Below the pieces are notes generated by a model. It did not search any database, was not told the origin of the DNA, and was given only the letters and a program-made list of their open reading frames with translations. Of a stretch of 64,000 bases of DNA, positions 21,728-32,970 are shown one piece after another. The position numbers were made by a program, and so were the translations under genes. Within the stretch, counting starts at the first letter, position 1; every line of letters begins with the position of its first letter. Source of the DNA: an uncultured Gemmatimonadales bacterium (GTDB lineage: Bacteria; Gemmatimonadota; Gemmatimonadetes; Gemmatimonadales; GWC2-71-9); contig CAWJIM010000024.1 in NCBI GenBank assembly GCA_963842945.1, forward strand, positions 352,001-416,000, in the 5' to 3' direction.

Positions 21728-23908
21728 CGCGCGAGCCGCGTCGGCTGCCGCCCTGGCGGCAACCGTCATCATTACCCTCCAGCTCGCCGGCAAAGCGACT
21801 CGTGATGCGCTCTTCCTCTCGAGCTTCGGCGTAGCAGCACTGCCGGCGATTGTCATCGCCGCCGCGGCCCTTTCCGCAATTCTTGGCGATCCTGATTGCC
21901 GGGTTCATGGCGCGGAGCCAGCCGGCTCGTCTGGTCCCGCGACTATATGCCCTTAGCGCAGCCCTGGTGCTGGCGGAATGGGCCCTGGTCGGCTCAGCCC
22001 GAAAGGGTGCCGCTATTCTCGTCTATCTCCACTTCACCGCAATCGGTGCGATTCTGGTCTCCGGGTTCTGGGCCATTATCAACGAACGGTTCGACCCCAG
22101 AACGGCTCGCCGCACCATCGGGCGGATCACTGCCGGCGGATCGATCGGAGGACTCCTGGGCGGGCTGCTGCCCGAGCGAGTCGGGTCCATGTTGTCGCTG
22201 AACGCCATGCTCCCGGTGCTCGCCGTCCTGCACCTGCTCGCTGGCGTACTGGTGATGGGAGTGGGGCGCGTCGCAAATCCGCAGCCGTCGCCAGGTGAAG
22301 GAGCCGAAACCGAGCCGCTGGTGAGCGGTGGGCGGGTGCTGCGCGGCTCACCTACCTCCTGGGAATTGCTTTGCTGGTCACGCTCACGTCCTCGGCCGAG
22401 GGGGTTCTCGACTACGTGTTCAAGGCCCGAGCGAGTGCGGTCACCAACAGCGGAGAGCAGCTGCTTCGATTCTTTGCGGCCTTCTACACCGCCACGGCGC
22501 TCATCGGGATTTTCATTCAGGTCACCGCACTGCGGCCCTTGCTGGGAAGACTCGGCGTCGCCCGCAGTGCATCGCTCCTGCCGGCTGGCGTGAGTCTCGG
22601 CGCCGTCGGCGCTCTGCTTGCGCCCGGTGTGCTGGCCATTGCCCTGGCCCGGGGCACCGAAGTGGTCCTGCGGAGCTCGGTGTTCCGCGGGGCCTATGAG
22701 CTGCTCTTCACTCCGGTCGCGCCACTGGAGAAGCGGGCCACCAAGCTGTTGCTGGATGTGGGCGCCGCACGAGTGGGAGATATCCTGGGCGGCGGACTGA
22801 TTCTGGGCGCCCTGGCGCTGACCAGCGGTGGGGCGGGACGGCTGCTGCTGGGTCTGACCGTGCTGCTGTCCGCTCTGGCCCTCGTCGTCGCTCGCCGGCT
22901 TCACCTCGGCTACGTCGCGGCGCTCGAGGGAAGCATCCATCGGCAGGCGGGACCGCTCCCCGATCCGACCGAAGATGACGCAGCGGCCTGGCTGCAAACC
23001 GTTGGAGGGTTCGATCTGAGCGGGATCCGGTCCCGCCTGGCCATCCCGACCGACTCAAAGTATGTCGCAGAGCCATCGGTCCGACGAGCCGCTCCAGCGG
23101 TCATCGAAACGCCTCTGGATCAGGTGATTCACCACGGCAGTGCCGAAGAGGTGAACCAAGCTCTGGCCGGAACCACTCCGGCAGCCGACCAGGTCGGAAA
23201 TATCATCGAGCTTCTGGCCTGGGATGCGGTGGCTCCGGCGGCCATCGTGTCATTGCGACGGGTGGCTTCGTCTCAAACCGACCTTCTCCTCCGGCGACTG
23301 CTGGACCCGGACGAGGACTTTGCCATCAGACGAAGGCTGGTCAACGTGCTCGCCGGCGCGCCAAGCCCCGAGGGCGTTCAACGGACTTCTCCAGGCGTTG
23401 AATGACCGGCGCTTCGAGGTGCGGTACCGGGCCGGACGGGCTCTCAGCCGTATGGCCGGTGAGATCCGGAATGTTTCGGTGGACCGGGCCATACATTCTC
23501 GGCGTGATCGAGAAGGAAATAGGGGTGGAACGCGGGGTGTGGGAGAGCCGGCAGCTGATCGACTCGGCGGAAGAGGAGCGGTCTCCGATGGAAGTCGAGG
23601 TGCTGCGGGATCGGGTCAGCCGCAGTCTGGAGCACCTCTTCACGCTGTTGTCCCTCATTCTGCCGAGAGAGACACTGCGACTGGCTTTTCACGCCTTACA
23701 CACCGACGATGCCTACCTCCGCGGTACTGCGCTGGAATATCTGGAAACGGTGCTTCCCGGGTCGGTGTGGAGCAAACTGACGCCGTTGCTGGAACGGGGA
23801 GACGAAGCCGCTTCCAGAACCAGGGGCTCGGCGGCGGCGTTGGAGGATCTCCTGGCCTCGAGAGAGTCGATCAGCCTGGCCCTGGCCGCGGCGCGGCGAC
23901 GGCAGTGA
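21702..23908 (+). CDS. Npt-like MFS domain fused to HEAT-repeat region (frameshifts)
   Basis: GKATRDALFLSSFG, SGFWAIINERFDPRTARR..GRITAGG and YELLFTPV..LEKRATK; C-terminal LNDRRFEVRYRAGRAL and LRGTALEYLE. Confidence 0.7.
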
Positions 23909-23965
23909 CCCGAGTTTTCGCTTGCGCCGGAAGGGTAAGACTGGGCAGACCGAGAGTCGGTGTGG

Positions 23966-25337
23966 CTAGATCCTCGGGGGTGCTGCCAGCTCGAGCGCAC
24001 GGTCGAGCACGTCCAGTGCAAAGTCGACGTCCTCCGCGGTAATGCAGAGTGGTGGCTTAATGCGGAGCACGTTGCCGTCCAGACCACCCTTGCCCAGCAG
24101 GACTCCCATCCCCCGGGCAGCCTCCAGAACCTCGAGCGTCGGGCCCGAAGCAGGAGCGCCGGTAGCAGGGTCGGCCAGCTCTACCCCAAGCATGAGTCCC
24201 AGCCCTCGAACGTGACGCACCAGACGGTGCTGCTCTCGCAGGCGGTGCAGACCTTCGAGGAACCGGCCGCCCACAACGCGCGCGTTCTCCTGCAGGTTCT
24301 CATCATCGATGACATCGAGCACCGCGAGACCCGCGGCCATGGACACGGGGTTGCCGCCGAACGTATTGAAGTGGGTTCTCCGGGTCAGGGCCTCGGCGAT
24401 CTCCCGTCGGGTGGTTACCGCGGCCAGCGGCATTCCGTTGCCGATGCTCTTGGCCATAGTCACGATGTCGGGTATCACGCCATAGTTCTGGAATCCCCAG
24501 TAGTGCTCGCCGGTCCGGCCAAATCCGGTTTGTACCTCGTCGGCAATACACAGCCCACCGTACTCGCGGGCTATCGCGTAGGCCTCGCGGAAGTAGTTGG
24601 GTGCTCCGCGGGTTACTCCGCCCAGGCCCTGTATCGGCTCGGCGATGTACGCCGCGATGGCACCCGGCGTGGAGAACCGGATCAGCTCCCGGATATCCGC
24701 CGCCGCTCTGGAGGCGATCTCCTCCGGTGTGCCGGTGAGCATCTGGCTCGAGGGATCGGGCGAGAGAGCATGATGTACCGCAGCCGGCCCGGGAACGGGA
24801 TACTTCCAGGTGTGATGTGAGGTCATTCCCAGCGAGCTGGGCGAGCCGCCATGATAGGCATTCCGGACCGCGATCACATCGAGGTTCCCGGTGTAAAGCC
24901 GCGCCATCGTCACGGCCAGGTCGTTCGCTTCACTCCCGCTGTTGACGAAGTAGGTCACATCCAGGCCCGGGCGGCATCTTCGAGGCGAGCTTCTGCGCCA
25001 GGAGCGGAAGGTTGGGGTGCAAATAGATGGTGGTGGCGTGCTGCAGGGCATTCATCTGCTCCTGCATTCGGCGTAACACCTGGGGATGACAGTGGCCGCA
25101 CGAGACGGTGACGATGCCCGCGAAGAGATCGAGATATCGCCGGCCGGTTTCGTCGAAGACGTACTGCATCTTGCCTTCGACAATCATCAGCGGATCGCGG
25201 TAGAGCGTGAATACGGCGGGGCTGACGTACTCCCGCCGGAGGGCCAGCACCTCCTCGCGAGAAGGCCCGGTGTATGGCTGGGGGGTATAGTCGAACGCCG
25301 GCATTGCCAACGGCCGGGTGATCACGTCGGTGGCCAT
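23966..25337 (-). CDS. Class III aminotransferase, AGXT2/beta-alanine aminotransferase-like (frameshift ~24965)
   Basis: GRRYLDLFAGIVTVSCGHCHP, FVNSGSEAND, ADEVQTGFGRTG and TMAKSIGNG motifs. Confidence 0.88.
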
Positions 25338-25354
25338 CGTATCGATCCTGAGGT

Positions 25355-26834
25355 TTAGGCGGTCCACCTGGTGGTAGTCTTCTTGGACCGGGTCCAGAAC
25401 TCGATGGAGCCGTGGCCGGTGATGTCACCGGCACCGAACTTGGATTCGTTCCAACCGCCGAAAGAAAATGGCTCCCGGGGCACCGGTACACCAACGTTGA
25501 TCCCGATCATTCCGGCGGAGGCTCGCTCTGCCACCAGACGGGCCAGCGCCGCCATGTTCGGTGAAAACCGATGCGGCATTTCCGTAGGGAGACGCGTTCT
25601 CGATAGCGAGCGCCTGGTCGAGGTCCGGGGTGCGAACGATCGCCAGCACCGGCCCGAAGATTTCTTCCTGGGCAATGGTCATGTCCGGGCGCACCCGATC
25701 CAGAATGGTCGGGCCGATCCAGAAGCCACCGTCCCTCCCCGGCACGCTGGGGTAACGTCCGTCGAGCAGCAGGGTGGCCCCGGCCGAAACTGCTTCGTCC
25801 ACGGCGCGGCGGATGCGGTCGCGGGCCTCACCGGAAATCACCGGGCCGATATCCCGGCCGGGCACCAGGGTGCGGGCCTGCTCGATCAGGCGTCCGATGA
25901 TGTGCTCCGTTCCCCCCACCGCCAGCATCACCGATCCCGCCATGCATCGCTGGCCGGAACATCCCGACATCGAGGCCAGCACGCTGCCGGCAGCCATGTC
26001 GGGATTGGCGTCGGGAAGCACGAAGAGGTGATTCTTGGCGCCCCCCAGCGCCAAAGCACGCTTCAGGCTGGCGGTGGCCCGGCGATATACCAGCTTGGCA
26101 ACCCGAGTCGAGCCCACAAAGCTCACGGCCGCTATGCCGGGGTGGTCACAGATCCCTTCCACCACTTCCTGACCGCCGTGAATGACGTTGAACACGCCCG
26201 GTGGAAGCCCAGCTTCGGTGAGCAGCTCCGCAAGGCGCTGCGCACTGAGGGGGACCTGTTCCGAAGGCTTGAGCACAAGGCAGTTGCCCAGCGCAATCGC
26301 GTTGGGGATGGTCCAGTTGGGCACCATGCTGGGGAAGTTGAACGGAGCGATCGAAGCCACGACGCCGATCGGATGCCGGTCCATCCGGCATTCCACCCCG
26401 CGGCTCACCTCCAGCACCTCGCCGGTGGCAATCTCGGGAAGGGAGCAGGCGAACTCGGTCAACTCGATCGCCTTGGCTATCTCGGCCTCCGCCTCGCTCT
26501 GAATCTTTCCGTGTTCTTCAGAGATCAGGCCGGCCAGCTCACCCAGGTTCTGTTCCAGTAAGCTGCGATAGCGAAAGAAGATCTGCACCCGCTCCTTGAT
26601 GGGGGTAGTGCTCCATGCGGGAAACGCTGCTGCCGCTGCGTCGACCGCCGCCGTCAGGTCAGACGTGGACGAGAGTGGGACATGGGAAAGGAGGCTCCCG
26701 TCACTCGGGTTCAGCACCTCGAGCTCGCTCCGTGCGGTGCTCGACGTGAACCTGCCGCCGACAAAATTGCGGACGGCCGGATATCTGGTGCGGGGCACGA
26801 GGGGAGCAGAAGCTCGGGGGGCACTCGAAGTCAT
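25355..26834 (-). CDS. mmsA: CoA-acylating (methyl)malonate-semialdehyde dehydrogenase (frameshift ~25560)
   Basis: PFNFPSM, SFVGST, GGAKNH, GCSGQRCMA, EEIFGPVL and GINVGVPVPREPFSFGGW motifs. Confidence 0.88.
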
Positions 26835-26881
26835 GGGTCTCCAAAGCAGAACGTTCCATAGTATACATCGCCGAGAGGCAC

Positions 26882-26910
26882 TTGATTTTCGGGATTTGTT
26901 CGGGTACTAT
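26882..26910 (+). promoter_or_regulatory. Sigma70 promoter with candidate LexA-type direct repeat in the spacer
   Basis: TTGATT (26882-26887), N17, TACTAT (26905-26910); TTTC-N7-GTTC at 26887-26901. Confidence 0.65.
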
Positions 26911-26933
26911 GTCCTCCGATGATGGAGGAGCAC

Positions 26934-28181
26934 ATGAATCTCGAACAAAAGCTGGACCTCCTGATGTCCCTGGCAGCAGACGACCGGGAAGGCCTGCCCC
27001 CGCGGCTTCAGCACGCCAAAGATGTTGGAGCGCTTCGCCCGCTCAATATCCGACATTTGCGCCCCCTGCCCGGCACCAGGATGTCGCTGCTTCGCATTCT
27101 CATGACCAACGCGTGCAGCTACAACTGTCACTATTGCCCCATGCGGCGAGACCGGCCAATGCCGCGCACACTGCTGAAGCCGGAAGAGCTGGTGCGCATT
27201 TTCCTGGCAGCGCACCAGCGCGGATGGTGCGAAGGGCTCTTCATTACCACCGGCATTCCCGGGCGGCCGGTCAAGATCATGGACGATCTCATTCAGGTGC
27301 TGGAGCTGCTGCGCGAGCGCCACCGCTTCGCCGGATATATCCACGTGAAGCTGGTAGCCGGAGGAGAAACCGACCAGATCGACCGGCTCACCTCATTGGC
27401 CAGCCGCATTTCGCTGAACTTTGAAGCGCCCTGTGGCAGCAGTCTGATGCAGATCGCGCCGGAAAAGAACTTCGCCACAACTCTGCACAACTTCGAGCGG
27501 GTCAAACAGCTGATCGTGCGAGAGCGAGAGGCACAGTCGTACGGCAAGCCGAAAGACCCGCTGCATCCGGGCGGCACGGCGGGAATGACAATTCAGTTCG
27601 TGGTTGGGGCTACCACCGATACCGATCAGACCCTGCTTAACACCATCAGCGGCCTACGCGTCGGCGGGGGCCTCCACCATCCGCACTTCAGCGCCTTTCG
27701 ACCAATCAGCGACACTCCTCTGGAAAACGCCCGGGCCGCACCGGCGCTCCGGGAGCATCGGCTCTACCAGGCCGCGTACCTGATGCGCGACTACGGGTTC
27801 GCGCCTGACGACGTGGTGTACGCCGAAAACGGCAATCTCCCACTGGCTCAGGATCCGAAAACCGCCTGGGCCCTGCAGCATCCCGAGGCATTCCCGGTCG
27901 AAGTGACCACGGCGTCGCCCGAAGCGCTGCTCCGGGTGCCCGGCATCGGTCCTACTGCGGCTCGCCGTATCGTTGCGGAAAGGACCAGGGTGTCATTCAG
28001 GGATTTGCGAGATCTTCGGAGGCTGGGCGTGGTCACCACCCGGGCGGGCGGGTTTCTCACCCTGCGGGGACGGCGGCTGCAGTCGGTTCGCTGGAGCGAG
28101 CAGCTGGGGTTCTGGGCCCCCGAAGAGGATGTCGGGAGCCCTCACATTGTGTATCAGGTCAGTCCCGGCACGTTCCGCTAA
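26934..28181 (+). CDS. Putative DNA modification/repair radical SAM protein with helix-hairpin-helix (TIGR03916-like)
   Basis: TNACSYNCHYC, REHRLYQA..L.RDYGF, DPKTAWAL and LLRVPGIG motifs; RBS GGAGGAG. Confidence 0.85.
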   Translation: MNLEQKLDLLMSLAADDREGLPPRLQHAKDVGALRPLNIRHLRPLPGTRMSLLRILMTNACSYNCHYCPMRRDRPMPRTLLKPEELVRIFLAAHQRGWCEGLFITTGIPGRPVKIMDDLIQVLELLRERHRFAGYIHVKLVAGGETDQIDRLTSLASRISLNFEAPCGSSLMQIAPEKNFATTLHNFERVKQLIVREREAQSYGKPKDPLHPGGTAGMTIQFVVGATTDTDQTLLNTISGLRVGGGLHHPHFSAFRPISDTPLENARAAPALREHRLYQAAYLMRDYGFAPDDVVYAENGNLPLAQDPKTAWALQHPEAFPVEVTTASPEALLRVPGIGPTAARRIVAERTRVSFRDLRDLRRLGVVTTRAGGFLTLRGRRLQSVRWSEQLGFWAPEEDVGSPHIVYQVSPGTFR

Positions 28182-28184
28182 GGG

Positions 28185-28472
28185 TCAGCCGGATTGACCG
28201 GCCGGGGCCTGCTGCCACCGGCGCAGCTTGGGGATCTCCCGGGTAAACCGGCGAGCCACAAGGCTGGGCAGGTGCATCTCGCGGAGCTTTCCCTCTACCC
28301 TGGCCATCATTTCGTTCACCGACATGTTGGGCTCGGTGAACTTGCCCTTCTGAAGACAGTGGCTGCAGTACTCGGTGCTCCGCGTCCCGTCGGCATTGGT
28401 GCCTCCACCTGCCGGATCCCGGTTGAGCGGCATGCCGCAGCTCTGGCAAAACGGCCCTTGAGGACCGAGCAT
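28185..28472 (-). CDS. Zinc-ribbon domain protein
   Basis: FCQSCGMPL...GTNADGTRSTEYCSHC...GKFTEP...IPKLRRW. Confidence 0.85.
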   Translation of the reverse strand: MLGPQGPFCQSCGMPLNRDPAGGGTNADGTRSTEYCSHCLQKGKFTEPNMSVNEMMARVEGKLREMHLPSLVARRFTREIPKLRRWQQAPAGQSG

Positions 28473-28701
28473 ACGAACCCTCTCCCCTGCTGGTCACGCT
28501 CCCGCGGCGTTCGCGGCGGGTAGTCCAATGGAAATTATCGATTGGTCTCCGCTGCCGTTAGACCTGACTCTTTGGCCGAGGCCAGGGCCGAGGAGACCGC
28601 CATGCAAAGTTGAGTTGCAACGCTTTGGCTGAACTCTCCATCCAAGCTCGCAATCACCGGTGCCGCGGGCACCCGGAATGCCACACCTCGAGAGCCAAGC
28701 C

Positions 28702-29976
28702 ATGCAGAGAACTAACCTTGTCGCCAGTGTCGCGGCCCTTTTCCTGCTCGGGTCTACGGCGACTCCCATGCGGGCCCAGGGACATCACTCGGATTACGAT
28801 GAAGTCGACCCCTGGACCGGCTTCGAATCTCCCCGGCCGGCAGCCGATTCCCTGGCCGTAGCTCAATTTCTGAACGGTCTATCCCGCAGCGACCCCCTCA
28901 TCTGTCAGTTCGCGGTGAACTCGATCGGCAATCACTGGGGCCCCGGCGATCGGGATCAGCAAATCGGTGTGCTGGCCGGTGAATCCCGGATGGTTCGGGA
29001 ACGGGACGCGCTGGCCCGCTCCATCATCGACCCCGGCGCCTTGACACTCCTGGCCGAAGGCCTGGCCGACTCCCACGCGTGCGTGCGCCGCGCGGCAGCC
29101 CGGCTACTGGGGTCGAGCGAGAGCGCAGACGCCGTGCGCCGGCTCAAGGTGGCCCTGCAGGCCTCCAGTGCACAGGTGCGGGAGGCGGCAGCGTTGGGGC
29201 TGGCCGACGCGGAGGATCCCGCCACCCTGCACGACCTGACGAAAGCACTGAAGGATCGGGATCAATCGGTGATTCGGATGGCGGCGTATGCCCTGGGCGA
29301 GCTGGAGGATGCCCGCGCAGTCAAGCCGCTGGGTGACCTGTTGGGATCCAAGGACCCGGCAACCAGAGCCACGGCCGCCTGGGCGTTGGGTCAGATTGAG
29401 GACATCCGCTCGGCGCAACGACTCGCGTCGCTGGTCAAGGACGAGAGCCCGGAGGTGCGGCTGGCAGCCGTGGAGGCACTGGGGGAGATAGAAGACTATC
29501 GGGGGACCGGAGCTCTCATCGACGCCCTGAAAGATTCGGATGTGCGAGTACGCCGGGCCGCCGCCGAGGCCCTGGGAGATGTAGAAGACCAGAAGGCAGC
29601 GGGCGCCCTGGAGAGCGCGCTACAGGACAAGGACCCGGTCGTGCGCCGGCTCGCCGCTCAATCCCTGGGCGAGCTCGACGGCCTCAAGCGGGCGCCGAGC
29701 CGGCTGGTCGGCGCTCTGACGGACCAGGACCAGCAGCTGGCGATTATCGCGGCCCAGTCCCTCGGGGAAATTGGAGACACCACCGTCGTGCCGGCGCTCA
29801 GCGCGGCCTACCGCAGCGAGAACCCGCGCCTCCGGTTCTCGGTGGTTTCGGCCCTGGCCGACCTGGACGATGAGCGCGCCAACGCGGTGCTGGGACAGGC
29901 CCGGAAAGACCCCGACCAGATTGTTCGCCACAAGGCATCCGAGGTCCTGCGGGACCGGGAGGATGATGACGACTAA
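28702..29976 (+). CDS. Secreted HEAT-repeat protein
   Basis: Signal peptide; about 9 repeats of the L.D.D..VR.AA..ALGE.ED type. Confidence 0.85.
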   Translation: MQRTNLVASVAALFLLGSTATPMRAQGHHSDYDEVDPWTGFESPRPAADSLAVAQFLNGLSRSDPLICQFAVNSIGNHWGPGDRDQQIGVLAGESRMVRERDALARSIIDPGALTLLAEGLADSHACVRRAAARLLGSSESADAVRRLKVALQASSAQVREAAALGLADAEDPATLHDLTKALKDRDQSVIRMAAYALGELEDARAVKPLGDLLGSKDPATRATAAWALGQIEDIRSAQRLASLVKDESPEVRLAAVEALGEIEDYRGTGALIDALKDSDVRVRRAAAEALGDVEDQKAAGALESALQDKDPVVRRLAAQSLGELDGLKRAPSRLVGALTDQDQQLAIIAAQSLGEIGDTTVVPALSAAYRSENPRLRFSVVSALADLDDERANAVLGQARKDPDQIVRHKASEVLRDREDDDD

Positions 29977-30073
29977 GTGAGTCCCGCGGGCCCGGGGTCA
30001 TGGATTCCAGCTCACCGTCCGATACTGGTGATGCGAAGTCCCCATCCCCCAGGCCTTAGATCCAGAGAGCGGT

Positions 30074-31570
30074 ATGCGAGTTCGCGGACTCACCACTGCC
30101 CTGCTGTTCCTGACCGCCCCGGCCACCATGGTAGCCCAGGCAGCAGGATCCTTTGAACTAACCGGTTTCGGCCGCTACACCCGCTACGACAGCACCCTTG
30201 CCATGCAGGAAGGGGCCAGCGGAGGTGGATCGCTCGGCTTCTATCCGATTCGAAATCTCGCCATCGAGGCCGAGGGAGCCTACACCAAGTCCCACAGCAC
30301 CGTCACCGGGATCGGCATCACCAATATCCCGCTTCGGGGCCGGCTTACCTATCATATCCCGCTCGGCGGCTTCTCCTCGGCCCTTCGGGTCGGGGCTGGT
30401 TACGTCCACAACCTGTACCGCGATGGGGTCAGCTTCGACGATCCAGGTTTCACCGGGGTGCTCGGTCTCCGCTGGGGACTCAGCCCGAGCTTTGGCTTCA
30501 AGGTTGACGGCACCGCCGATTACATCAGAAACCCCGATGCCGACCGGACCGGCGAGTACATCAATTGGGGTGCCCAGGTCGGGTTGACCCTGCGCGTTGG
30601 AGGCAAGTCGAGAGGTCCCAAGGATCGCGACACGGATGGAGTGGCGGATCTCAAGGACAGCTGCCCCAACACGGTGCCGGGCAAGGCGGTGGATGCGTAC
30701 GGCTGCGCCTCGAACCAGAAGGATGCGGACCGGGACGCGGTGAACGACGAGATGGATCGCTGTCCCGATACCAGCGCCGGCGAACCGGTCGACCCCAGCG
30801 GTTGTGCCGCGAGCCAGAAGGACGACGATAAGGACGGGGTGTCAGACCTGGTCGACCAGTGCGCGAATACATCAGCAGGCGAGACCGCCAATAGCAGCGG
30901 CTGCGCGCCCAGCCAGCGGGACAACGATCAGGACGGCGTCTCCGACGCGATCGACCAGTGCCCCAATACTCCTGCCGGCGACGCGGTCAACTCCCGCGGC
31001 TGCTTCATGGAGCGGGATACCGATGGGGACAACGTTCCGGACGGTAGGGATCGCTGCCCCAACACACCGTCAGGAGTAACGGCGGACGCAAACGGCTGTA
31101 CCATCGTGATTGCCGATGAGCGGGACACCGACGCCGACGGCGTGCCCAACAGCCGGGATCGCTGCCCCGACACACCCAAGGCCGACGCCGCCGACGCGAA
31201 CGGGTGCACCATCCTGTTCCACAAGGGCACCCGGAGTGTCATTCTCCGGGGAGTGACCTTCCTGCCCGGTCGGGCGACGCTCACGCCAGAGGCGCGGGAG
31301 ATCCTCCGCGACGTGGCCGGCCAACTGGTGGAGAATCCGCAGTACAAGGTTCAGGTGTCGGGTCACACGGACATTCGGGGCACTCGAGCCCGGAACCTGC
31401 GGCTGTCGCTGGCGCGGGCCCGTACGGTGGAAACATTCCTGGAGGCCAACGGCGTGCCGCCGACTCGGGTTACCGCGAAGGGCTTTGGTCCGGATGTGCC
31501 GATCGCGTCGAACAAGACGGCAGCCGGCAGAGCCAAGAACCGGCGAGTGGAGCTGAATCGGACCAACTGA
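30074..31570 (+). CDS. OmpA family protein with thrombospondin type-3 repeats
   Basis: N-terminal barrel; six DxDxDGVxDxxDxCPxT...GC repeats; GHTD...NLRLSLARA and NRRVE. Confidence 0.92.
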   Translation: MRVRGLTTALLFLTAPATMVAQAAGSFELTGFGRYTRYDSTLAMQEGASGGGSLGFYPIRNLAIEAEGAYTKSHSTVTGIGITNIPLRGRLTYHIPLGGFSSALRVGAGYVHNLYRDGVSFDDPGFTGVLGLRWGLSPSFGFKVDGTADYIRNPDADRTGEYINWGAQVGLTLRVGGKSRGPKDRDTDGVADLKDSCPNTVPGKAVDAYGCASNQKDADRDAVNDEMDRCPDTSAGEPVDPSGCAASQKDDDKDGVSDLVDQCANTSAGETANSSGCAPSQRDNDQDGVSDAIDQCPNTPAGDAVNSRGCFMERDTDGDNVPDGRDRCPNTPSGVTADANGCTIVIADERDTDADGVPNSRDRCPDTPKADAADANGCTILFHKGTRSVILRGVTFLPGRATLTPEAREILRDVAGQLVENPQYKVQVSGHTDIRGTRARNLRLSLARARTVETFLEANGVPPTRVTAKGFGPDVPIASNKTAAGRAKNRRVELNRTN

Positions 31571-31601
31571 TCTTCACAACTGATTCACCATAGAGGCGCA
31601 G

Positions 31602-31637
31602 AGGACACAGGCAGACCCATCTGTGTCCTTTGTGTTT
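31602..31637 (+). terminator. Hairpin downstream of ompA
   Basis: AGGACACAG-N10-CTGTGTCCT followed by TTGTGTTT. Confidence 0.4.
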
Positions 31638-31734
31638 GCGGCTATCCGACTCGGCAGCTGGACCGTACAATAGGTGAAGCTCCTCACCACATCCCGTTGC
31701 CGGATACCCGCCACGCCTAGCCGGAGATCCCGCC

Positions 31735-32949
31735 ATGAGACGCAAAGGCGGGAGCGCGGTCCCGTACACGCTCGCACTTGGGCGCCGTCAGCATCCTCTA
31801 CCTCGATCACCCGACCTTCCAACAAGCCGCAGCCGGTGCCGCTCCCGCCGAACCTGTCGCGGGTCCTGGCAGCGAGTGGTCCATCGTGCCCCCTCTCAGT
31901 GGGAAAACAGGTCAAGGCGGTCAACGCTTTTCGTGAGATGATGCCGGTCTTTCGCCACCCGCGCTGCATCAACTGCCATGGCGCGTTCGACATCGCGTCG
32001 GAGGCGCATGAGGGTTCGGAGGTCGTACAGAAGTCCGGGCTGGACCCACAAGCGCTACTGACGGCTCAGGAGCGGAAGAAGTTGCACGAGTCCTGTGGAA
32101 ACTGTCATGACAACATTGAAGGCCACTTGGTCAGGCGGACAGCTTCACGACAGCGTTGTGATCGAGGGGTGGCTGATTGCTCCGCCGCCTATGCGCTGGA
32201 CCGGAAAGGATGACGACAAGCTGTGCATGCTGATGAAGCGATTTGAACCAACCGGCGAGCAGTTCGTTGACCACCTCGAAACCGATCACAGGGAAATCCA
32301 ATTCATCAAGGCGGCCTTCCACGGCGATCGAGCGTTGGGGGCTGCGCTCAAGGGCAAGCCCGAGCCGCCACCGGGCACCCAGGCGGACCTCGTGGAGAAG
32401 GCTCGGAAGTGGACGAACCTTGTCGGTAAGGAGGGATATACGGCCTCCCCCGAGTGTGGCTGCGTCATGCCCAAGATCAAGCTCAAAATTCACCACACTT
32501 GGCTTTTCGAGGTTCCCGGCGGGCTGCCCTCCAGGCAATCCTCGCAGGCCTTGTTTGAAGTGAGTCTCCAACCGGTGAAGGACCGGCCGGGTTACTCGGA
32601 GGGACAGTTCTCGTTGAACCGGCGAATTGATATGACCTTGCCGCGGAACTGTAGCGGAAGCGGCAACGTCAAAGAACGCTGGCTGCTGAAGGCCCTTATG
32701 GATCCCAAATCCGGATCCATAAGGGTATGGCATACTCAGCTCGATGAAGAGCCGACTGGCCAGATCGAGTGCCGGCAAGGAGGCGGGACGGGCAAGATGG
32801 GCATCGACCCCGGGGTGCTGGCCGGCACCGTCGGCACCGGAGAGATGGTGATACCTGCGGATTCGACCAGCAAAAAGGTTGAGGCGTCGGAATTCGACAC
32901 CAAGGAGTCACTCACCATCACCGTTCTGGAGGTGCCTAGCGCCCAATAA
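31735..32949 (+). CDS. Hypothetical exported c-type cytochrome-like protein (two CxxCH; frameshifts)
   Basis: VFRHPRCINCHG and CGNCHD in 31674..32213; continues in 32095..32949. Confidence 0.55.
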
Positions 32950-32970
32950 AGCCGATGCTGCGTTGCTGTT

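Noticed and set aside
16610..23908. Programmed frameshifting or real pseudogenisation of the Npt/Omp85 cluster
   Set aside because: The same kind of indel interrupts housekeeping respiratory genes, and no premature in-frame stops or motif decay were seen, so sequencing error is more parsimonious.
23966..26834. mmsA plus aminotransferase as a novel pathway
   Set aside because: This is a known pairing for beta-alanine/aminoisobutyrate catabolism.
26849..26856. GAACGTTC palindrome as a Gram-positive SOS box
   Set aside because: It lacks the N4 spacer of GAAC-N4-GTTC.
30620..31210. Regularly spaced ~99-bp repeats as a possible CRISPR array
   Set aside because: They are degenerate in-frame TSP3 protein repeats within ompA, with no identical repeats and no cas genes.
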